Positions 29,757-36,684 of a stretch of DNA of 36,684 nucleotides are shown piece by piece (position 1 is the first letter of the stretch; the number at the start of each line of letters is the position of its first letter). A program made the translations under genes and the position numbers. The notes beneath the pieces are model-generated. The model had not been told where the DNA came from and did not search any database. It saw only the letters and a program-made list of their open reading frames with translations. Source of the stretch: an uncultured Streptococcus sp. (lineage in GTDB: Bacteria; Bacillota; Bacilli; Lactobacillales; Streptococcaceae); the NCBI GenBank assembly GCA_905372925.1, contig CAJPRB010000001.1:1-36684 (forward strand), written 5' to 3'.

Positions 29757-29767
29757 AGAGTAGATAA

Positions 29768-30640
29768 ATGAGAATTGCAGATTATAGCGTGACCAAGGCA
29801 GTGCTGGAGCGTCACGGTTTTACCTTTAAAAAGTCCTTTGGGCAGAATTTCCTGACGGATACTAATATCCTTCAAAAAATCGTGGATACAGCTGAAATTG
29901 ATGACCAGGTTAATGTCATCGAAATCGGGCCAGGGATTGGGGCCTTGACGGAGTTTTTGGCTGAGCGTGCAGCTCAAGTTATGGCCTTTGAGATTGACCA
30001 CCGTTTGGTGCCAATCCTAGCTGATACCTTGCGTGATTTTGATAATGTAACAGTGGTTAACGAGGACATTCTCAAGGTCGATTTGGCGCAACATATCCAG
30101 AATTTCAAAAATCCTGACCTACCAATCAAGGTAGTAGCAAACTTGCCTTATTACATCACGACGCCTATTCTCATGCACTTGATTGAGAGTGGCATTCCTT
30201 TTAGTGAGTTTGTCGTCATGATGCAGAAAGAAGTGGCGGATCGTATCTCGGCACAGCCAAATACTAAAGCTTACGGTAGTTTGTCGATTGCGGTTCAGTA
30301 TTACATGACAGCTAAGGTTGCCTTCATCGTGCCTCGTACGGTCTTTGTGCCAGCCCCAAATGTGGACTCAGCCATCTTGAAAATGGTGCGCCGTCCAGAG
30401 CCTGCTGTAGCAGTAAGGGACGAGAACTTCTTCTTTAAGGTTTCCAAGGCTAGTTTCACTCATCGCCGTAAGACCTTGTGGAATAACCTGACAGGTTACT
30501 TTGGCAAGACTGATGAAGTCAAGGATAAGTTGACCAAGGCTTTGGACCAAGCAGGCTTGTCACCAAGTGTACGTGGTGAAGCTCTTGGCTTGGTAGAATT
30601 TGCCAGTCTGGCAGATGCGCTTAAAGGACAAGGGCTTTAA
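29768..30640 (+). CDS. rsmA: 16S rRNA adenine dimethyltransferase KsgA/RsmA
   Basis: [43 protein letters not shown]. Confidence 0.97.
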   Translation: MRIADYSVTKAVLERHGFTFKKSFGQNFLTDTNILQKIVDTAEIDDQVNVIEIGPGIGALTEFLAERAAQVMAFEIDHRLVPILADTLRDFDNVTVVNEDILKVDLAQHIQNFKNPDLPIKVVANLPYYITTPILMHLIESGIPFSEFVVMMQKEVADRISAQPNTKAYGSLSIAVQYYMTAKVAFIVPRTVFVPAPNVDSAILKMVRRPEPAVAVRDENFFFKVSKASFTHRRKTLWNNLTGYFGKTDEVKDKLTKALDQAGLSPSVRGEALGLVEFASLADALKGQGL

Positions 30641-30641
30641 G

Positions 30642-31520
30642 ATGCAGGGACAAATCATTAAAGCCTTGGCGGGTTTCTACTATGTGGAGAATGATGACCA
30701 AGTCTATCAGACGCGCGCGCGTGGGAATTTCCGTAAAAAAGGGCACACGCCTTATGTCGGAGACTGGGTAGACTTTTCTGCGGAGGAAAATTCCGAAGGT
30801 TATATTCTCAAGATTCACGAACGGAAAAACAGTCTGGTCCGTCCGCCTATTGTCAATATTGACCAAGCCGTGGTGATCATGTCCGTCAAGGAACCGGACT
30901 TCAACAGCAATTTGCTGGATCGTTTCTTGGTTCTTTTAGAACACAAGGGCATCCATCCCATCGTCTATATTTCTAAAATGGATTTGCTAGAAGATAGAGG
31001 AGAACTGGATTTTTACCAGCAGACTTATGGTGACATTGGTTACGACTTTGTGACTAGTAAAGAAGAACTTTTGCCTTTGTTGACAGGAAAAGTGACGGTC
31101 TTTATGGGGCAGACAGGTGTTGGAAAATCAACCCTCCTCAATAAAATCGCACCAGGCCTCAATCTTGAAACAGGAGAAATCTCAGACAGTCTGGGTCGCG
31201 GTCGTCATACCACTCGAGCTGTTAGTTTTTACAATCTCAATGGGGGTAAAATCGCGGACACACCAGGCTTTTCATCACTGGATTATGAAGTGTCAACGGC
31301 TGAAGATCTCAATCAGGCCTTTCCAGAGATTGCCAGTGTCAGTCGAGACTGTAAATTCCGTACTTGTACCCATACCCATGAACCGTCCTGTGCGGTTAAG
31401 CCGGCTGTCGAAGAGGGTATCATTGCATCTTTCCGTTTTGACAACTACCTGCAATTCCTCAGTGAGATTGAAAATCGAAGAGAAACCTATAAAAAAGTCA
31501 GCAAAAAAATTCAAAAATAA
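30642..31520 (+). CDS. rsgA: Ribosome small subunit-dependent GTPase A
   Basis: Circularly permuted GTPase motifs [17 protein letters not shown] and DTPG; Zn finger [14 protein letters not shown]; start at ATG 30642. Confidence 0.95.
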   Translation: MQGQIIKALAGFYYVENDDQVYQTRARGNFRKKGHTPYVGDWVDFSAEENSEGYILKIHERKNSLVRPPIVNIDQAVVIMSVKEPDFNSNLLDRFLVLLEHKGIHPIVYISKMDLLEDRGELDFYQQTYGDIGYDFVTSKEELLPLLTGKVTVFMGQTGVGKSTLLNKIAPGLNLETGEISDSLGRGRHTTRAVSFYNLNGGKIADTPGFSSLDYEVSTAEDLNQAFPEIASVSRDCKFRTCTHTHEPSCAVKPAVEEGIIASFRFDNYLQFLSEIENRRETYKKVSKKIQK

Positions 31521-31530
31521 GGAGAAACCT

Positions 31531-32187
31531 ATGTCTCAATACAAGATTGCTCCGTCAATTCTGGCAGCAGATTATGCCAACTTTGAACGTGAAATCAAAC
31601 GCCTAGAAGCAACTGGTGCAGAATATGCCCATATCGATATTATGGATGGTCACTTTGTACCACAAATCAGTTTTGGTGCAGGTGTGGTCGAAGCTCTTCG
31701 TCCTCATAGTAAGATGGTCTTTGACTGCCACTTGATGGTAGAAAATCCTGAGCATCATCTAGAAGACTTTGCGCGTGCAGGTGCAGACATCATCAGTATT
31801 CATGTGGAAGCAACGCCTCATATTCATGGAGCTCTTCAAAAGATTCGCTCTCTTAGTGTCAAACCTTCGGTTGTCATCAATCCTGGTACACCTGTTGAGT
31901 CTATCAAGCACGTCCTTCATCTAGTTGACCAAGTCTTGGTGATGACGGTTAACCCTGGCTTCGGTGGACAAGCTTTTCTGCCTGAAACTATGGATAAGAT
32001 TCGCGAGTTGATTGCTCTTCGTCAGGAAAAAGGCTTGAACTTTGAAATTGAGGTCGATGGTGGGATTGATGATCAAACTATTGCTCAAGCCAAAGAAGCT
32101 GGTGCGACTGTTTTTGTAGCGGGGTCTTATGTCTTTAAGGGAGATGTCAATGAACGAGTGCAAACTCTCAGAAAACAATTGGACTAG
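31531..32187 (+). CDS. rpe: Ribulose-phosphate 3-epimerase
   Basis: IAPSILAAD, HIDIMDGHFVP, DCHLM, MTVNPGFGGQ, VDGG; SD AAGGAG before ATG 31531. Confidence 0.96.
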   Translation: MSQYKIAPSILAADYANFEREIKRLEATGAEYAHIDIMDGHFVPQISFGAGVVEALRPHSKMVFDCHLMVENPEHHLEDFARAGADIISIHVEATPHIHGALQKIRSLSVKPSVVINPGTPVESIKHVLHLVDQVLVMTVNPGFGGQAFLPETMDKIRELIALRQEKGLNFEIEVDGGIDDQTIAQAKEAGATVFVAGSYVFKGDVNERVQTLRKQLD

Positions 32188-32812
32188 GGTTGCCGTTTTT
32201 GTCGGCGGAGATCGCGGTCATTATCGGACGGATTTTGATTACTTTGTCGGTGTGGATCGCGGTTCGCTCTGGATCTTGGAAGAAGACCTGCCTCTCACTC
32301 TAGCAGTTGGAGATTTTGATTCGGTGACTGCAGATGAACGTCAGTTGATTCAAAAACGTGCCCAGCATTTTGTCCAAGCCCAGCCAGAAAAGGATGATAC
32401 GGATCTGGAACTAGCTCTCTTGACCATCTTTGAGCAAAATCCTCAGGCCCAGGTCACTATTTTCGGTGCTTTGGGTGGGCGTATTGACCATATGCTGGCC
32501 AATGTCTTTCTGCCTAGCAATCCCAAGTTGGCACCCTACATGCGCCAGATAGCGATTGAGGATGGGCAAAACTTGATTGCCTATTGTCCAGAAGGGACGA
32601 GTCAACTTGAACCACGTTCGGACTACGATTATCTAGCTTTTATGCCAGTTAGGGATAGCCAGCTGACCATTCTTGGTGCCAAGTATGAGTTGACAGAGGA
32701 GAATTTTTTCTTTAAAAAAGTGTACGCTTCTAACGAATATATAGATAGGGAAGTTTCGGTAACTTGCCCAGATGGCTATGTCGTCGTGCTGCATAGCAAG
32801 GACAGGAGGTAG
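32150..32812 (+). CDS. thiN: Thiamine diphosphokinase
   Basis: GVDRG, GDFDS, EKDDTDLELAL, GALGGRIDH; start uncertain, ATG 32150 follows AAGGGAG. Confidence 0.88.
   Translation: MNECKLSENNWTRVAVFVGGDRGHYRTDFDYFVGVDRGSLWILEEDLPLTLAVGDFDSVTADERQLIQKRAQHFVQAQPEKDDTDLELALLTIFEQNPQAQVTIFGALGGRIDHMLANVFLPSNPKLAPYMRQIAIEDGQNLIAYCPEGTSQLEPRSDYDYLAFMPVRDSQLTILGAKYELTEENFFFKKVYASNEYIDREVSVTCPDGYVVVLHSKDRR
32732..32739 (+). promoter_or_regulatory. Combox (ComX/SigX)-like element upstream of rmuC-yhaM
   Basis: AACGAATA (1 mismatch to TACGAATA) with a T-rich tract at 32704-32713, about 75 nt before rmuC. Confidence 0.4.
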
Positions 32813-32813
32813 G

Positions 32814-34070
32814 ATGGAGACTGTATTACTACTATTATTAATTGCCAACCTAGCTGGACTCTTTCTGATTTGGCAAAGGCAGGATAAGCAAGACAAGCAC
32901 CTAGCCAAGAGTCTGGAGGATCAAGCAGACAATCTTTCAGATCAACTGGATTATCGCTTTGAACAAGCCAGACAAGCCGGCCAGTTAGACCAAAAAGATT
33001 TGGAAGTGGCTGTCAGCGACCGTTTGCAAGAAGTGCGAATGGAGTTGCACCAAGGCCTGACGCAAGTTAGACAGGAGATGAACGAGAATCTCCTCCAAAC
33101 CAGAGATAAGACCGACCAACGCCTCCAAGCCCTGCAGGAATCAAATGAGCAACGTTTAGAACAAATGCGCCAGACAGTCGAGGAAAAGTTGGAAAAGACC
33201 TTGCAGACGCGCTTGCAGGCTTCCTTCGAGACAGTTTCCAAGCAACTAGAGTCTGTCAATCGTGGCCTTGGAGAAATGCAGACAGTTGCCCGCGATGTCG
33301 GTGCTCTCAACAAGGTTCTCTCTGGAACCAAGACGCGAGGGATTCTGGGAGAATTGCAACTGGGGCAAATCATCGAAGACATCATGACTCCTAGCCAGTA
33401 CGAACGAGAATTTGCAACAGTTGAAAACTCCAGTGAACGAGTAGAGTACGCTATCAAGTTGCCTGGACAGGGTGACCAGGAATACGTCTACCTACCGATT
33501 GACTCTAAGTTTCCATTGGCGGATTATTACCGTCTAGAAGAAGCCTATGAATCAGGTGACAGGGACGAGATCGAGCGCTGCCGTAAGTCTCTCTTAACGA
33601 GTGTTAAGCGTTTTGCAAAGGATATCAAGAGTAAGTATCTGGCGCCACCTCGAACAACCAATTTTGGAGTATTGTTTGTCCCGACAGAAGGTCTTTATTC
33701 AGAAATTGTTCGAAATCCGATTTTCTTTGATGATTTGAGACGGGAGGAGCAGATTATCGTTGCTGGACCAAGTACCTTGTCAGCCCTTCTCAACTCTCTG
33801 TCAGTTGGCTTCAAAACTCTCAATATCCAAAAGAGTGCCGACCATATCAGCAAGACTCTTGCCAGCGTCAAGACCGAGTTTGGCAAGTTTGGGGGGATTT
33901 TGGTCAAGGCACAAAAACATCTCCAACATGCCTCTGGCAATATTGATGAATTATTAAACCGTCGCACTACAGCTATCGAGCGGACGCTCCGTCACATTGA
34001 GTTATCAGAAGGTGAGCCTGCGCTTGATCTACTCCATTTTCAAGAAGATGAGGAAGAATATGAAGATTAG
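32814..34070 (+). CDS. rmuC: DNA recombination protein RmuC
   Basis: N-terminal TM segment and coiled coil; KTRGILGELQL, PIDSKFP, LFVPTEGLY, AGPSTL; SD AGGAGG. Confidence 0.92.
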   Translation: METVLLLLLIANLAGLFLIWQRQDKQDKHLAKSLEDQADNLSDQLDYRFEQARQAGQLDQKDLEVAVSDRLQEVRMELHQGLTQVRQEMNENLLQTRDKTDQRLQALQESNEQRLEQMRQTVEEKLEKTLQTRLQASFETVSKQLESVNRGLGEMQTVARDVGALNKVLSGTKTRGILGELQLGQIIEDIMTPSQYEREFATVENSSERVEYAIKLPGQGDQEYVYLPIDSKFPLADYYRLEEAYESGDRDEIERCRKSLLTSVKRFAKDIKSKYLAPPRTTNFGVLFVPTEGLYSEIVRNPIFFDDLRREEQIIVAGPSTLSALLNSLSVGFKTLNIQKSADHISKTLASVKTEFGKFGGILVKAQKHLQHASGNIDELLNRRTTAIERTLRHIELSEGEPALDLLHFQEDEEEYED

Positions 34071-35001
34071 TCACATGAAAAAAGATGAGCTGTTTGAAGG
34101 TTTTTACCTGATCAAGTCAGCTGACCTGAGACAGACACGAGCTGGGAAAAACTACCTAGCCTTTACTTTCCAAGACGATAGTGGTGAGATTGAAGGGAAA
34201 CTCTGGGATGCCCAACCTCATAACGTTGAGGCCTTTACCGCAGGGAAAGTAGTCCACATGCAGGGACGTCGAGAAGTTTATAACAACACTCCTCAAGTCA
34301 ATCAAATTACTCTCCGCCTGCCTCAACCTGGGGAACCCAATGATCCAGCTGACTTCAAGGTCAAGTCACTAGTCGATGTCAAGGAAATCCGTGACTACAT
34401 GTCACAAATGATTTTCAAGATTGAAAATCCTGTCTGGCAACGTATCGTGCGTAGTCTCTACACCAAGTATGATAAGGAATTTTACTCCTATCCAGCTGCC
34501 AAGACTAACCACCATGCCTTTGAAACGGGTTTGGCCTATCATACAGCGACCATGGTGCGTTTGGCAGATGCCATTAGCGACATCTATCCTCAGCTCAATA
34601 AGAGTCTCCTCTATGCCGGGATTATGCTGCATGATTTGGCCAAGGTTATTGAGTTGACGGGACCAGACCAGACGGAGTACACAGTGCGAGGCAATCTCAT
34701 CGGTCATATAGCCCTGATCGATAGCGAAATTACCAAGACAGTCATGGAACTCGGCATCGATGATACCAGAGAAGAAGTGGTGCTACTACGCCATGTGATT
34801 CTCAGTCACCATGGCTTGCTAGAGTATGGAAGTCCAGTCCGTCCACGCATTATGGAGGCAGAGATTATTCATATGATTGATAATCTGGATGCCAGCATGA
34901 TGATGATGTCAACGGCTCTAGCTTTGGTGGATAAAGGAGAGATGACCAATAAAATCTTCGCTATGGACAATCGTTCCTTCTATAAACCAGATTTAGATTA
35001 A
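34060..35001 (+). CDS. yhaM: 3'-5' exoribonuclease YhaM (Cbf1)
   Basis: N-terminal OB fold; HD domain PAAKTNHHA, LHDLAK, GHI, SHHG, HMIDNLDA. Confidence 0.93.
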   Translation: MKISHMKKDELFEGFYLIKSADLRQTRAGKNYLAFTFQDDSGEIEGKLWDAQPHNVEAFTAGKVVHMQGRREVYNNTPQVNQITLRLPQPGEPNDPADFKVKSLVDVKEIRDYMSQMIFKIENPVWQRIVRSLYTKYDKEFYSYPAAKTNHHAFETGLAYHTATMVRLADAISDIYPQLNKSLLYAGIMLHDLAKVIELTGPDQTEYTVRGNLIGHIALIDSEITKTVMELGIDDTREEVVLLRHVILSHHGLLEYGSPVRPRIMEAEIIHMIDNLDASMMMMSTALALVDKGEMTNKIFAMDNRSFYKPDLD

Positions 35002-35010
35002 TAATTTAAG

Positions 35011-35067
35011 AAAAACGAGCATTTTTTACGCAATAATGTTCGTTTTTTTATGTGAATATGGTATAAT
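35011..35067 (+). promoter_or_regulatory. purR promoter region with an inverted PurBox-like pair and an extended -10
   Basis: AAAAACGAGCATT...AATGTTCGTTTTT at 35011-35047; TGgTATAAT at 35059-35067; the repeat could also act as a terminator for yhaM. Confidence 0.55.
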
Positions 35068-35105
35068 GGATAAAATATCAAAATTAAATGGAATGGTAAA
35101 TAAAA

Positions 35106-35933
35106 ATGAAATTAAGAAGAAGTGATCGGATGGTTGTCATTTCCAACTATTTGATTAATAATCCATACAAACTAACAAGTCTCAATACCTTTGCGGAAAA
35201 GTACGAATCAGCTAAATCATCCATCTCAGAGGACATCGTGATTATCAAGCGTGCCTTTGAGGAAATTGAAATCGGCCATATTCAGACTGTGACTGGAGCA
35301 GGTGGTGGCGTTATCTTTACACCCTCAATCTCGAGTCATGAAGCCAAGGAAATGATCGCAGACTTGCGCGACAAACTTTCAGAAAGTGATCGTATCTTGC
35401 CAGGTGGTTATATCTATCTGTCTGATCTGCTTAGTACGCCTGCTATTTTGAAAAATATTGGTCGCATCATTGCCAAGAGTTTTATGGACCAAAAAATTGA
35501 TGCGGTTATGACAGTAGCAACAAAAGGTGTTCCGCTTGCAAATGCAGTTGCCAATGTCCTCAATGTTCCATTTGTCATTGTGCGCCGTGACTTGAAAATC
35601 ACAGAAGGTTCAACTGTCAGCGTCAACTATGTTTCAGGTTCCAGCGGTGACCGTATCGAGAAGATGTTCCTTTCAAAACGCAGTCTCAAGGCAGGCAGTC
35701 GTGTCTTGATCGTAGATGACTTTTTGAAAGGCGGAGGAACTGTCAACGGGATGATTAGTCTCTTGCGTGAGTTCGACTCTGAACTAGCTGGTGTCGCAGT
35801 ATTTGCAGACAATGCTCAAGAAGAACGTGAAAAGCAGTTCGATTACAAGTCACTCTTGAAGGTAACCAATATTGATGTCAAGAACCAATCCATCGATGTT
35901 GAGATTGGAAATATCTTTGACGAAGACAAATAA
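35106..35933 (+). CDS. purR: Pur operon repressor
   Basis: MKLRRSDRM wHTH with AKSSISED and GAGGGV; PRT domain with VLIVDDFLKGGGT. Confidence 0.96.
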   Translation: MKLRRSDRMVVISNYLINNPYKLTSLNTFAEKYESAKSSISEDIVIIKRAFEEIEIGHIQTVTGAGGGVIFTPSISSHEAKEMIADLRDKLSESDRILPGGYIYLSDLLSTPAILKNIGRIIAKSFMDQKIDAVMTVATKGVPLANAVANVLNVPFVIVRRDLKITEGSTVSVNYVSGSSGDRIEKMFLSKRSLKAGSRVLIVDDFLKGGGTVNGMISLLREFDSELAGVAVFADNAQEEREKQFDYKSLLKVTNIDVKNQSIDVEIGNIFDEDK

Positions 35934-35944
35934 GAGATAGAGCT

Positions 35945-35976
35945 AAAGGTTGGAACGATTGTCCCAGCCTTTCTTT
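35945..35976 (+). terminator. Terminator-like hairpin between purR and lysA
   Basis: AAAGGTTGG...CCAGCCTTTCTTT. Confidence 0.55.
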
Positions 35977-35999
35977 GCAAACAGAATAGAAGGATGCTT

Positions 36000-36684
36000 A
36001 TGAAAACACCATTTATCAGTCGAGAAGATTTAGAAACGATTGTTTCCGAATTCCCAACACCCTTTCACTTGTATGATGAGAAGGGGATTCGTGAAAAAGC
36101 AAGAGCAGTCAACCAGGCTTTTTCCTGGAATAAGGGCTTTAAAGAATATTTTGCAGTCAAGGCCACTCCAACTCCAGCCATCTTGAAAATCCTCCAAGAG
36201 GAAGGTTGTGGTGTGGACTGTTCTAGTTATGTAGAGCTCTTGATGAGCCATAAATTGGATTTTCCCGGTTCTGAAATCATGTTCTCTTCTAACAACACGC
36301 CTGACAAGGAATATGTCTATGCGCGTGAATTGGGCGCAACCATTAACTTGGATGCCTTTGAAGACATTGCACATCTGGAGCGAGCTGCAGGTATCCCAGA
36401 AATCATTTCTTGTCGTTACAACCCTGGAGGCGTTTTTGAGCTAGGAACAGATATCATGGACAATCCTGGAGAAGCCAAGTTTGGTATGACCAAGGCTCAG
36501 CTTTTTGAAGCCTTTGCTATTTTGAAGGAAAAAGGAGCCAAGACATTTGGGATTCACTCTTTCCTAGCATCCAATACCGTCACCCATCGCTACTACCCAG
36601 AGTTGGCCCGCCAACTCTTTGAATTGGCCGTTGAAATCAAGGAGAAATTAGGTATTTCGCTGGACTTTATCAATCTTTCTGGCG
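36000..36684 (+). CDS. lysA: Diaminopimelate decarboxylase (5' part, runs off the window)
   Basis: Manual translation gives MKTPFISREDLETIVSEFPTPFHLYDEKGIR...EYFAVKATP...DCSSYVEL...AKFG; missing from the ORF track because it has no stop in the window. Confidence 0.9.
   Translation, partial: MKTPFISREDLETIVSEFPTPFHLYDEKGIREKARAVNQAFSWNKGFKEYFAVKATPTPAILKILQEEGCGVDCSSYVELLMSHKLDFPGSEIMFSSNNTPDKEYVYARELGATINLDAFEDIAHLERAAGIPEIISCRYNPGGVFELGTDIMDNPGEAKFGMTKAQLFEAFAILKEKGAKTFGIHSFLASNTVTHRYYPELARQLFELAVEIKEKLGISLDFINLSG

Noticed and set aside
29768..30640. Erm-type resistance methylase
   Set aside because: Sequence and context (rnmV upstream, rsgA downstream) identify the housekeeping KsgA/RsmA.
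32951..33457. Antisense and alternate-frame ORFs of 60-170 aa, such as this one and 10783-11229, 27722-28180 and 36030-36374
   Set aside because: They are shadows of well-supported genes, with no recognisable motifs.

Overview
This is a largely core-genome segment of a mitis-group Streptococcus (S. oralis/S. mitis-like, judged from protein similarity to pneumococcal genes and gene order). In order it carries: pepS, a GlsB/YeaQ/YmgE membrane protein, rsuA, pepC, a P-type ATPase, manLMN (minus strand), a Cof hydrolase, an NCS2 purine permease, a CAAX protease, the folate operon folP-folC-folE-sulD, a DUF960-like gene, ccpA, asparaginase, a HAD/MazG-like fusion, usp, a small membrane protein, an AlaA-type aminotransferase, rpmH (missed by the ORF track), an orphan AmiA/AliA-family lipoprotein, a KimA-like K+ transporter, tatD-rnmV, an AT-rich 434-aa orphan, rsmA-rsgA-rpe-thiN-rmuC-yhaM, purR and the 5' part of lysA. 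I found no rRNA, tRNA, CRISPR array, IS element or prophage. The best novelty candidate is the AT-rich orphan inside the tatD-rnmV-rsmA operon (two membrane segments, a pentapeptide-like stretch, an unassigned C-terminal domain, degenerate flanking direct repeats). Its function cannot be established from the sequence alone. Readable regulatory signals include CiaR and cre sites at manL, a cre at ccpA, PurBox-like sites, a likely leaderless rsuA and a combox-like site before rmuC. All family assignments and genome comparisons are from recall; no searches were run.
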